NCBI GenBank assembly: GCA_028826165.1
Contig: JAPDFW010000091.1
Span: forward strand, 221,538-285,537
From: Anaeramoeba ignava BMAN
Taxonomy: Eukaryota > Protista > Anaeramoebae
DNA: 64,000 nucleotides
Direction: 5' to 3'
Part shown: one piece after another, positions 12,601-24,000 of the stretch
How the letters are laid out: the number at the start of each line of letters is the position of its first letter
Numbering within the stretch: the first letter of the stretch is position 1
Position numbers and translations under genes: made by a program
Notes under the pieces: generated by a model
What the model saw: the letters and a program-made list of their open reading frames with translations, nothing else
Database searches by the model: none
What the model was told of the DNA's origin: nothing

Positions 12601-15600
12601 AAAGATAATCTTCGTGTTGTTATTGATGAAAAGGAGGATCAAAACGAGGCAATGAACCAGCAATACAAACTTGAGCAATTATCGAATTTACAACGAACAA
12701 CACGAACATTAACAACAACAGGAAACAGACCTGATCTTGAGGCAATAATGTCAGAAGAGCCAAATGAGAATGAAAAAGAGAAGAACAATGAAATACGAAA
12801 GCCAACAGAAACAGCATTTAAACCAACAGAAACAACATTTAAACCAACAATACCAACATTTAAACCAACAGAAACAACATTTAAACCAAATGAATCATTT
12901 AAACCAACAACACCAACATTTAAATCAACAACACCAACATTTAAACCAAATGAACCATTTAAACCAAATGAACCATTTAAACCAAATGAAACATTTAAAC
13001 CAACAACACCAACATTTAAATCAACAACACCAACATTTAAATCAAATGAATCATTTAAAAATGAACCATTTAAAACTGAACCAATTAAAAATCAACCATT
13101 TAAAACTGAACCAATTAAAAATCAACCATTTAAAACTGAATCAATTAAACCAAAACCACCAACATTCAAATCAACACAACCTATACAACAATTTATACCC
13201 CAACAGCAAACAAGACCACCAAGACCACAAAATCCTATTCCAAACAAACAAAATCCTATTCCAAACAAACAAAATCCTATTCCAAACAAACAAAATCTTA
13301 TTCCAAACAAACAAAATCTTATTCCAAACAAACAAAATCTTATCCCAAACAAACAAAATCCTATTCCAAACAAACAAAATCTTATCCCAAACAAACAAAA
13401 AACACCCCAAAAAGATGGATACGCATTTACCGCATTGGAAAGTAATAGACCCCGATTGCAGAAACTCAAAGGAGGTCGTGCAATCCGAGGAAGAAAACCT
13501 CCAACAAAGAAAAAAGTTTCCGATTTGAAAAATATCAATGATATCAAGGAATCAATTCTCACATCAACAGCATCGCCGTTGATTTCAAAACTGCATGAAA
13601 TTTCGTCACAGAAACCGCAAGTCGTGAAGGATGAAGTGACGATCAAGAAGGAAATGGAGATCATCAAAAAAATGACTGTTCGAGTATTTTTTGTTGATGG
13701 ATCTTTTAAAACAGTTCCGTTGATGGAAACTGATACAATTGGAGATCTTCGCGACACGGCGATAAAGAAAGCAAGACTAGCAAATACAGAGGATTTTGTG
13801 ATGGTTGAGAAGAAGGGAACGCAAGAAAGAATTTTGGACTGGAAACTAAACGCATTTTTTGTGCGAAATAATTGGGAATCTCAAGATGATAATTTTTGCC
13901 GATTTGTGTTTAAAAGTCGAGCTCAAGTTCAGGAGAAAAACGTGATGACGGATGAGAACAAGATGCTCGCGAAAATTTATTTTGAGGATGGATCTTATAA
14001 AACAATCAAAGTGGATAAGGAGATTACATGTCTCGATACAGTCACGACAATATGCAAAAAAATCCGATTGATCAACGCTATTGATGAATTTGGTCTCTTT
14101 GAAAAAAGAGGCGAAAATGAGCCCCGTCTGTGCGAAGATGATGAGCGCGTGATGTTCTTGATAAAGGACTGGGAGCTCAAGTCTATTAATGCTCGACTTG
14201 TGTTTAAAGACAATGGAATGTCAAAAATTGCCGATGAAAAAGTGCTTTTTAACGGCATATATGTTTCCGTTGAAAAGGCTCAACAGCTCAAGAAAGAGCT
14301 CGGCGATTCTGGCTTGGGTCATCTCCAGGAAATTGCTCCTATGGAAGAGCCCCAGCAGACCGAGCAAGAGTATAAATCTGTTGAGAATACAAAAGAAAAG
14401 GATAATCCAAAAGAAAAGAAAAAAGATGGAAAAATGAAAAGATTTACTCGAATTTTCACGTTTAAAAAGAAAAAGAAAGGCGGCGATTCAGAAAACACAA
14501 GTTCTCCTCTAAATCAAGAGAAATCAAGTGATTCCACTGAGAAATCCAATTCAAACTCAGGTCAATATGCTGTTACTTCAATTGCTGGTGATAAAACTGG
14601 TCTGGTTCAAATGTTCAGTGATTCTTCTTCTGAATGGTCGCAAATTTATCTCTGTCTCCGTGGAAATCGGATATATTATTTTGCTGATTTGGATACAAAA
14701 CAAGCAACTGGAAATATTAGTTTGTTGAATGCTGTTGTTAGTGAAGGAAGTCCTGCAAAATCAAAGAAGAGTAATGCTTTTTCAATTGTAACAATGACTA
14801 ATGAATGTTTTTATTTTGCTTGTTCCAAACCTGAGGAGATGAGTTCATGGAAAACGTAAAAATATTTTTGAATCAATTTGAATTGAATTTAATTAAATAT
14901 TGATTTTATTTGAATTTATTTTATTTGAATTGAATTAAATTGAATTGAATTGAATTGAATTTATTTGAATTTATTTGAATTAAATATTGAATTGAATATT
15001 AAATTGATTTTATTTAAATTGAATTAAATTGAATTAAATTGAATTAAATTAAATTGATTTGAATTGAATATTGAATTGAATATTGAATTGAATTAAATTG
15101 ATTTGAATTGAATATTGAATTGAATATTGAATTGAATTAAATTGATTTGATTTGAATATTGAATTGAATTGATTTGAATTAAATTGAATTGAATTGAATT
15201 GAATTGAATTGAATTGAATTGAATTGAATTGAATTGAATTGAATTGAATTGATTTGAATTGAATTGAATTGAATTGAATTGATTTGAATTGAATATTGAA
15301 TTGAATTGAATTGGATTGATTTGAATTGATTTGAATTGAATTGAATTGGATTGATTTTATTTAAATTAAATTGAATATTGAATTAAATATTGAATTGAAT
15401 ATTTGAATTAAATATTGAATTGAATTTAATTGGATTCATTTGAATTGAATTGAATTGGATTGATTTTATTTGAATTAAATATTGAATTAAATATTGAATT
15501 AAATATTGAATTAAATTGAATTGAATTGAATTAAATTGAATTAAATTGAATTCATTTTATTTGATTTTATTTTATTTGAATTGAATTGATTTTATTTGAA

Positions 15601-16936
15601 TTGATTTTATTTGAATTGATTTTATTTGAATTTATTTGGATTGATTTTAATTTAATTAAATTGATTTTAATTGAATTTGAATTTATTTTAATTGAATTGA
15701 ATTGAATTGAATTTATTTGAATTAAATTGAATTAAATTGAATTGAATTTATTTGAATTAAATTAAATTAAATATTGAATTGAATTAAATATTGAATTAAA
15801 TTAAATTGATTTTATTTGAATTAAATTTATTTGAATTGAATTGAATTTATTTAAATTGAATTGATTTGAATTGAATTGAATTAAATTGAATTGAATTGAA
15901 TTAAATTCATTTTATTTGAATTAAATTGAATTAAATTGTATTGAATTAAATATTGAATTAAATTGATTTGAATTGAATTGAATTGAATTGAATTAAATTG
16001 AATATTGAATTGAATTTATTTGATTTTATTTGAATTAAATATTGAATTGAATTGATTTTATTTAAATTGATTTTATTTAAATTCATTTTATTTAAATTCA
16101 TTTTATTTGAATGGAAAATAAACAGAGAAATTCAAAGCAGAATCATCACAACAGGAGCACAAAGAGATCCACGAAAAGCCTTAGCACAAGCATTAATGAG
16201 ACAACAATCACAAGGAACATTAGGAATCAAAAACAAAATAAACCTACAGAAAAAAAACACAGAAATGCAAATCAGAACATTTGTCAACTGGATAAACCAT
16301 TATACATCCCAAATAGACCCATCAAAAAAAATACAAAATCTTGATAAAGATTTATCTGATGGAACAATATTATGCTCATTAGCAGAGAAAATCACAGATA
16401 AGAAAGTAGGAAGATACCACGCAAATCCAGGCTCACTACTCCATAAGATGGACAATCTAAGTCTCTTTTTCAAATTCCTTAAACAGGAAAATGTCAAACT
16501 TACATTTGTTTCTGAAGAAGATGTTCTTGATGGAAAAATCAAAAGTATTCTTGCCTTGATTTGGGCGCTTATCTACCAGCTCGACAACCAGAAAATCTCC
16601 CGCGGAGATCTTCTACAAAGCGTGCGCAATCGATCAGCGCAAATTCTCAAGGATAAAATCTATATCGAAAACTTCGATACTTCATTTCAATCAGGAGTAG
16701 TTTTTAATTCTCTTCTTTTTGCTTCGGATAATTCACTCACACAAAATAATCCACTGCCTCTACTTACCCAGTCAAACGACGGATTCAATGAGAAGAATCT
16801 CGACCTCGCGTTTTCTGTGGCGGAAAAAGTCTTTTCTGTTCCTAGACTTCTTTCTCCTAAAGACTTCTCAGAAAAACCTGATGAACGTTCTGTTATGACT
16901 TATTGTTTAATGTTAAAGAAATATTTGAAGTTTTAA
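9691..16936 (+). CDS. Large cytoskeletal adaptor: low-complexity N-terminus, two RA/FERM-like ubiquitin folds, PH domain, tandem calponin-homology domains; exons 9691-14855 and 16126-16936
   Basis: VRVFFVDGSFKTV and AKIYFEDGSYKTIKV (RA-like); PH (WSQIYLCLRGNRIYYF...GNISL...YFAC...SWKTEI, completed across the intron); CH1 (QIRTFVNWINHY...DLSDGTILCSL) and CH2 (ENFDTSFQSG...PRLL...PDERSVMTY). Phase-2 GT-AG intron 14856-16125. Confidence 0.8.
14856..16125 (+). repeat. Intron composed of (TTGAA)n-type repeats
   Basis: GTAAAA...AACAG boundaries; the join restores the C-terminal PH helix. Confidence 0.8.
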
Positions 16937-17401
16937 TTGTTTCTCTCCTTTCAAAATCAAAATAATAATAATAATAATAATAATTATAATTATAATAATT
17001 ATCTCAATATTTTCAATACAAATTAATTAAGATTCAATTGATTGAAAAATTTGTTGTTTTTGTTCTCTTCTTTTTTTTTTGCTTTTTTTTCTTTTTCTTT
17101 TTCTTTTAATTCAATTCAAAAAAATAAAAACAAAATTTAAAAAAAGATCATTTGAATAATCAGTGTTTTATTTCTTATTTCTTTTTTATTTCTTTCTTAT
17201 TTATTTATTTTTAATTAATTCAAAATAAAAAAAAAAATTTTTTTTTAAATTAAAAAAAATTAAAAAAATTAAAAAAAATTAAAAATAAATCAAAATTACT
17301 TTTTCTTTTCTTCTTTTCTTCTTTTTATTAATTCAAAAATTAATTCAAAAATCAATTTATTTTTTTTTCTTAATAAAAAAATTGAAAAATTAAATTGAAA
17401 A

Positions 17402-19468
17402 ATGGGTCAAACAGAATCAACAAATAAACTAAACAGAGTTAAAGGTTATATTCCAGAAAAATATCCAAGATTAATTGAAGAAAAAGATGGGAAAGTATCT
17501 TATTCAATCAAATACGAAGAAAATGGAGAAACAATGTATCGATCTCACATGGCAAAAGATGGATTAATTGGGAATTGGAACAATTCAGTTCAAACTTTAT
17601 ATGAAAATTTAGAAGCAACAACAAAAACTTTCCCAGATCATCAACTATTTGGAACAAGAAAATATGATAAAAAAACACAAAAATATACTGATTATGAATG
17701 GAAAACTTTCAAGGAATTCAATGAGGAAAGAACTTATTTTGGAAGTGGATTAATCAATTATAAATTGAAGAAAGATGACAGAATTGGAGTTTTTGCTAAA
17801 AATAGATATGAATGGGTTCTTGCTGAACATGCTGCTTATGCTTATTCTTTTCTTTTAGTTCCTTTATATCACACATTCGGTATTCCAAATACTCGCTATA
17901 TCATCAATGATTCAGAAATCAAAACAATTATTACTGAAGCTAAATATCTTCCGAAACTCAGTCAAATTTCCAAAGACTGTCCAACATTGGAATCAATTAT
18001 TCTTCTGAATGATCCTGAAAATGAACTGGAAGAAATTATGAAAGATAATAAAGATATTGAATCCTTAAAATCAGACAATATCAAGATTTTTCTTTTTGAT
18101 GAAATTCTCGAATCGGGAAAGAAAAAACAGCATACGCATCAACCAAGCAAACCAGATGATCTTTGCTCATTGATTTACACAAGCGGAACAACTTCCCAAC
18201 CCAAAGGTGTTTGCTACACACACAAAAACATGGTTGGAACTATCACAGGCTTTTATTACATGGGATACCCATTTTCAGACAACGAATCATATTACAGTTA
18301 TCTTCCTTTGAGTCATGTATTCGAACGTTCTTTGATCAACTCAATGATTGCGCTTGGCTCTCGTGTTGGTTTTTTCAGTGGAGATAATACACGATTATTG
18401 GATGAACTTCAACTTGTTAAACCAACCATTTTCATTGGAGTTCCAAGAATATTTGCCAAAGTTTATGATAGTATCAAAGCAGGAATCAAGAAAAAAGGAA
18501 TCTTTGCACAATATCTTTTCAACGTTGCATATGAAGCAAAGAAAAAAGCGATTGAGAATGGAGAATCATATGAATTATGGGATAAATTGGTTTTCAACAA
18601 AACAAAACAACTTCTTGGAGGAAAAATTGGAATACTCATTTCGGGAAGTGCTGCTCTATTGCCTTTGCACCAGGAATTCTTCAAGGTCATTATCGACCCG
18701 CATTTTGTTCAAGGCTGGGGACTAACAGAAACAGGGTCTGGAGGAACTGTTCAAATTTATGAAGATACTCGAAACATCGGATTGGTTGGTCCGCCTCTTT
18801 GTTGCAATGATATCAAGCTAGTGAGTGTTCCTGAACTCAATTACTCAGTCAATGATTTCCCCAATCCAAGAGGTGAACTCGCAGTAAAAGGCCCAAATGT
18901 TTTCGAAGGTTATTACAATAAAAAAGAAGCAACAGATGAAGTTATGATTGATGGTTGGTTTCATACTGGTGATATCGCAGAAGCTCTTCCAAACGGCTAT
19001 TTCAAGATCGTCGACAGAAAAAAAAACATCTTCAAACTTTCTCAAGGCGAATATATTGCGCCTGATGTTCTTGAAGGCATTTATTCAAATTCTTCCTTTG
19101 TTATGCAAATTATGGTTTATGGAAATTCAAGTGAAAATTATTTGATTGGAGTTGTTGTTCCTGAAAAAGCTATTTTATTGAGCCATTTTAATGATGAAAG
19201 AAAAGAAAATGAAGATGATGATTCTTTTTTCTCCAGAATTTGTCAAGATCCTAAATTGAAAAAGTTGATTCTGGATGATATGGAAAGGCTTGGAAGAAGA
19301 GAAAACAGATTTGGATTTGAAATTGTTAGAAATTTTATTGTTGAACCAAATCCTTTTTCAGTTGAAAATGAAATGATGACAACAACAATGAAATTGAGAA
19401 GAAAAGCTATTGAGCAAAATTACAAAAAGCAACTTCAAGATTTATATTCACAAGGATTCGAAAATTAA
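17402..19468 (+). CDS. ACSL: Long-chain fatty acyl-CoA synthetase (ACSL/LACS), copy 1
   Basis: IYTSGTTSQPKG AMP-binding motif, YLPLSH, GWGLTET, GWFHTGD, DRKKNIFKLSQGEYIAP. Confidence 0.95.
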   Translation: MGQTESTNKLNRVKGYIPEKYPRLIEEKDGKVSYSIKYEENGETMYRSHMAKDGLIGNWNNSVQTLYENLEATTKTFPDHQLFGTRKYDKKTQKYTDYEWKTFKEFNEERTYFGSGLINYKLKKDDRIGVFAKNRYEWVLAEHAAYAYSFLLVPLYHTFGIPNTRYIINDSEIKTIITEAKYLPKLSQISKDCPTLESIILLNDPENELEEIMKDNKDIESLKSDNIKIFLFDEILESGKKKQHTHQPSKPDDLCSLIYTSGTTSQPKGVCYTHKNMVGTITGFYYMGYPFSDNESYYSYLPLSHVFERSLINSMIALGSRVGFFSGDNTRLLDELQLVKPTIFIGVPRIFAKVYDSIKAGIKKKGIFAQYLFNVAYEAKKKAIENGESYELWDKLVFNKTKQLLGGKIGILISGSAALLPLHQEFFKVIIDPHFVQGWGLTETGSGGTVQIYEDTRNIGLVGPPLCCNDIKLVSVPELNYSVNDFPNPRGELAVKGPNVFEGYYNKKEATDEVMIDGWFHTGDIAEALPNGYFKIVDRKKNIFKLSQGEYIAPDVLEGIYSNSSFVMQIMVYGNSSENYLIGVVVPEKAILLSHFNDERKENEDDDSFFSRICQDPKLKKLILDDMERLGRRENRFGFEIVRNFIVEPNPFSVENEMMTTTMKLRRKAIEQNYKKQLQDLYSQGFEN

Positions 19469-19650
19469 CTTGATTTTTTTTCTTTTTTTCTTTTTTTTCT
19501 TTTTTTATTCAAAAAAACCAAAAAAAATCAAAAAAAAAAAAATTTTTTTCAGATTTGTTTTGTTTTGTTTTGTTTTATTGAAGGGATTTTCCCAGGAAAA
19601 TCCTTCCAGCCTAATGCTGGCATGAGAAAAAAAAAGTAAAAAAAGAAAAC

Positions 19651-19817
19651 AAATGGAAGATATCTTTCATTTGCTGAGTAGGAAGTGGGAGTTTGCACCA
19701 TCTTCATCTCCCACTGGTTGAACAGGTGCTCGTGTGTATATCCATCTTCATCTTGTGTCGTCCTGTTCAACGCTCAAGCTCTTCCTTAAACCATCATCAA
19801 AGATGATGGAGTTGACC
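19651..19817 (+). ncRNA. Candidate structured ncRNA, copy 1 (unidentified family)
   Basis: GC-richer island with several perfect or near-perfect stems, identical to 19892-20058, no credible ORF. A G-U pair favours the + strand. Confidence 0.5.
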
Positions 19818-19891
19818 GTTTTCCTTAAAGAAAAACGAGAAAAAGAAAAAAAAAAAAAAAAAAATTTTTTTTTAAAAAAGAAAAAGAAAAC

Positions 19892-20058
19892 AAATGGAAG
19901 ATATCTTTCATTTGCTGAGTAGGAAGTGGGAGTTTGCACCATCTTCATCTCCCACTGGTTGAACAGGTGCTCGTGTGTATATCCATCTTCATCTTGTGTC
20001 GTCCTGTTCAACGCTCAAGCTCTTCCTTAAACCATCATCAAAGATGATGGAGTTGACC
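19892..20058 (+). ncRNA. Candidate structured ncRNA, copy 2 (identical 167-nt copy), followed by a T-run
   Basis: Exact duplicate 241 nt downstream of copy 1, followed by ATTTTTCTTTTTT. Confidence 0.5.
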
Positions 20059-20164
20059 ATTTTTCTTTTTTATTAATGTAAAAAAGAAAAAAGAAAAGAA
20101 AAAAATAAATTTTTTTCAGATTATTTTCAAATCATTTTCTTTTCTTTTCTTTTAAAAAATAATT

Positions 20165-21031
20165 ATGGAATCAAAATCAGAACCAAAAATATCAATTTTA
20201 ACTTTTAATATTTTAGCACCTTGTTATAAAGAAATTCAAGAAGGAAGAAGAACAGAAAGTGAATTCCCAGAAATTTGGGAAGAAAGAATGAATAAAGTGA
20301 TTAAATTTGCAACAGAATCAAAACCAGATATAATTTGTCTTCAAGAAGTTTGGTTTGAAGAAAAATGTTTATCAATTATTGAAAAAAACAGTAAAAAATA
20401 CAAGATGCTTAAATTACAAAGAATACAAAACAAAATGGATGGAATTGCAATTTTAGTGAATTCAGAAACTTTAGTAATCAAGAAATCATGGGAATTGGAA
20501 TTTGTTGGTGCAGGAAATAGAGTTGCTCTTGGTTGCCTTGTTTCCTTAAAAGAAAATGAAAAAATCCAATTTATTGTTGTTACAACTCATTTAGCTTTTC
20601 CTCATGATGAGAATTATTCCAAATTGAGACTTGAACAAATCAAAAAAACAATTAATTGGATGGAAAAACTTGATTCAAAAGAAATTCCATTGATTTTAAC
20701 TGGAGATTTTAATGGATTTGAAGATAATGTTTTTGAATATGTTTTTTCACAAAATTTTCTTTGTTCTTTTAAAGAAGTTAATAATAGATTTCAAACTGTT
20801 ACTCATTTTAATCATTTATCTCAAGAATTACCTGTTGATTTTATATTTTATCGAAATTATTCAGAATTAAAAGAAAAAGAATCAAAAGAAAATCAAAAAA
20901 TTAAATTAATCCCAATTAAATCTAATGTTCTTCCAGAAAATATTAATGATGATAAATTTCCAACTCAAAAAGATTATCAACTTTCAGATCATCGACCAAT
21001 TAAATCATTTTTTAAATTTGATTTTTTTTAA
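20165..21031 (+). CDS. Endonuclease/exonuclease/phosphatase (CCR4/Angel/nocturnin-like) protein, copy 1
   Basis: TFNILAP, DIICLQEV, TTHL, ILTGDFN, VDFIFY and SDHRPI EEP motifs. Confidence 0.9.
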   Translation: MESKSEPKISILTFNILAPCYKEIQEGRRTESEFPEIWEERMNKVIKFATESKPDIICLQEVWFEEKCLSIIEKNSKKYKMLKLQRIQNKMDGIAILVNSETLVIKKSWELEFVGAGNRVALGCLVSLKENEKIQFIVVTTHLAFPHDENYSKLRLEQIKKTINWMEKLDSKEIPLILTGDFNGFEDNVFEYVFSQNFLCSFKEVNNRFQTVTHFNHLSQELPVDFIFYRNYSELKEKESKENQKIKLIPIKSNVLPENINDDKFPTQKDYQLSDHRPIKSFFKFDFF

Positions 21032-21420
21032 AAACAAAAACAAATAAAAACAAAAACAAAAACAAAAACAAAAACAAAAACAAAAACAAAAACAAAAACA
21101 GAAATAAAAAGGAAATTCTTTTAATTTTCATTTTTTGATTTTGAATTTGATTTTGGTTTTGATTTTGAATTTGAATTTGGTTTTGAATTTGATTTTGAAT
21201 TTGAATTTGATTTTGAATTTAATTTTAAATTTGATTTTGAATTTGATTTTGGTTTTGATTTTGAATTTGAATTTGATTTTGAATTTGATTTTGAATTTGA
21301 ATTTGATTTTAAATTTGATTTTGAATTTGATTTTTTTTTTAAATTTGATTTTTGAATTTGAATTTGAAGTTTTGATTTTGAATTTGAATTTTAAATTTGA
21401 ATTTGAATTTTGAATTTTTT

Positions 21421-23780
21421 TTAAATTTGATTTTGGTTTTTGATTTGATTTTGTTTTTTTGATTTTGATTTTGATTTTGATTTTTGAATTTTGAATTTTG
21501 ATTTTGGTTTTGGTTTTGGTTTTGAATTTGAATTTGAATTTGAATTTGGTTTTGGTTTTGATTTTGAATTTGAATTTGAATTTGGTTTTGAATTTGGTTT
21601 TGAATTTGAATTTGAATTTGAATTTGGTTTTGGTTTTGGTTTTGAATTTGAATTTGAATTTGAATTTGAATTTGGTTTTGGTTTTGAATTTGAATTTGAA
21701 TTTGGTTTTGGTTTTGATTTTGATATTGGTTTTGAATTTGATTTTGAATTTGAATTTGATTTTGAATTTGGTTTTGAATTTGAATTTGATTTTGATTTTG
21801 GTTTTGGTTTTGAATTTGAATTTGAATTTGATTTTGATTTTGATTTTGATTTTGATTTTGATTTTGATTTTGATTTTTGATTATTAAATTTGTTAATTAA
21901 TAAATCCAATAAATTTGGATGTGTTTGATTTAATTGAAAATAATCAATTATTTTTTTTAATTTCTCGAATCATCCTTTGTGTAATTTGAATTTCATCTTT
22001 GATTTGATTTGAATAAATCCAATATTCAAATATTTGAAATGATTTATCACTTAATTCATTTTTATCTGTAACTTTATTAGATTTATCATTTTTTATAGAT
22101 AAAAACATTCTTCGATATAATTCACTTCTCATTATTAATATTAATTTAGGAAATTTATATTGTTTTTCTTTTCTTTCAATTATAAAATCTTTTTCATTTT
22201 CATTTTCATTTCCATAAATTCTTTTCATTATTTCTTCTATTGGAAAAAATAAATTAAATTCCTGTTCAATTTCAGAATATAATTTTGGATTTATTATTCT
22301 GTTTGAATAAATCATTTCAAATATTTGATTTGATTCTTTAATTGATTTTTTTGAAATAATTTCTCTAAGTTTTTCAATTTGATCCTCTTGTCCAATTATT
22401 GTTTGTAAAATTAATTTATGAGCTGAGATTATTTCTCCATTTTTTGTTTTAAATGAAATATCACAAAATTCTTTTCTTCTAAATAGTTTTATCAAATCTT
22501 CTTCAAGATTAGAAAAAGGAGAAAGAAAAGGAGAATAATAAAGAAATGAATTATTATATCCAGAAGAAACATGATAATTAGAAATATCTTGATTAAATCT
22601 TAATTTAGGAAGTTTAATTTGAATTGGAATTAATTGATTGTTTATATCTCCAGTTCCTAATTCGCCAGATGAATTATAACCAAATCCTATTAATTTTTCA
22701 TTTGAAGTTAAAATCAAAGTGTGTGCGTATCCAACAGAAAAATCAAGAATATTATCATCATTTTCAAATAAAGTTGATTTGATTTCAGTAAATTCGTAAT
22801 TATTCTCAGTTTTCCCAATGCCTTTATGTTTGTAATTTCCACATGAATAAAGTTTTTTTTTTGGATTTTGATTTTCATTTTCATTTTCAATCAACATTAT
22901 TGAATGATCGATTCCACATTGAATATCAATTATTTTGCCTTTTGGAATATTTTGGATTTTGGTTAATTTTTGGATTGTTTCTTCTTTTCTTGATTCTCCT
23001 AATCCAAGCTGGCCATTACCATTATCACCACATCCAAATAATTCTTGATTTGAATTTAAAAGAAAAACATGATCTGAAGAATTTCCTGAAAATATTTTAG
23101 AAACATTTTTCATCATTAAAATTGGTTTTTCTGTTTTTGGAAGTGTTTTAGAATCAAAACTAAGTTGATCATATCGATTTGAACCAATTCCATAAGCATT
23201 TTGATTTGAAGTTAATAAGTAAATTGAATTAGATCCAGAAACAATATCTTGAATTATTCTATCATTTGTATCTTCAATTAATGATGAAATATTGATCAAT
23301 TCATTTGGATTTTCTGGATTAATATCTTCTCCTTTGGCAAATACATTTCTTTCTTTTGTTAAAATAGCTTCACTTCTCCAACCAACAGTTACTTTTTGAA
23401 TATTTTCAATTTGGATTTTTTCAGGATTTTGTTTTGAATCTTTTAAGTATTCTATTGCTTTTCCATTTTTAAAAAGGAAAATTGTTCCAAAATTTCCTGA
23501 TGAAATTTGTTTAATTTGTTTTTCATTTTCATTTTCATTTTCATTTTCATTTTCATTTTCATTTTCATTTTCATTTTCATTTTCATTTTCATTTTCTATT
23601 TTTATTTTCATTTTCATTTTCATTTTCATTTTCATTTTCATTTTCATTTTCATTTTCATTTTCATTTTCATTTTCATTTTCATTTTCAAATTTAAATTGA
23701 ATTGGTTTTGCTATTGAATCTGGTTTATTTTTGATAAGTTTTGGCTTTTCATTTTTACCAAAAAATAAAATTTCATTCAT
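21421..23780 (-). CDS. RCC1-repeat + tandem BTB protein, copy 1; frameshifts at about 23600 (EN repeat) and about 21950; possibly a pseudogene
   Basis: RCC1 repeats (GCGDNGNGQLG, GYAHTLILT...GYNSSGELG) and BTB (FCDISF...AHKLIL; KFPKLILIMRSELYR). Paralogous to 24001-25836. Fragments 23589-23780 and 21421-21909 match the paralogue's N- and C-termini. Confidence 0.75.
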
Positions 23781-24000
23781 TTTTAAAAAGAAAAAAATGA
23801 AAAATGATTTTTGGATTTTTTAATTTTAATTTTGATTTTAATTTTAATTTTAATTTTAATTTTAATTTTAATTTTAATTTTAATTTTAATTTTAATTTTA
23901 ATTTTAATTTTAATTTTAATTTTGATTTTAATTTTAATTTTAATTTTTAATTTTAATTTTAATTTTAATTTTAATTTTAATTTTGATTTTAATTTTAATT

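Noticed and set aside
19651-19817. Assignment to U1, U3, snR30/U17 or a hammerhead ribozyme from short motifs (TTGCAC, GAGCGTTGA, AAACCAT, CTGAG)
   Set aside because: The other required elements (ACTTACC and Sm site, box A/C/D layout, m1 motif, CUGANGA/GAAA core) are absent or out of order.
19549-20011. Duplicated minus-strand ORFs MNRTTQDEDG...
   Set aside because: TTG starts, run into poly-T/Phe tracts, no recognisable domain; base-pairing explains the sequence better.
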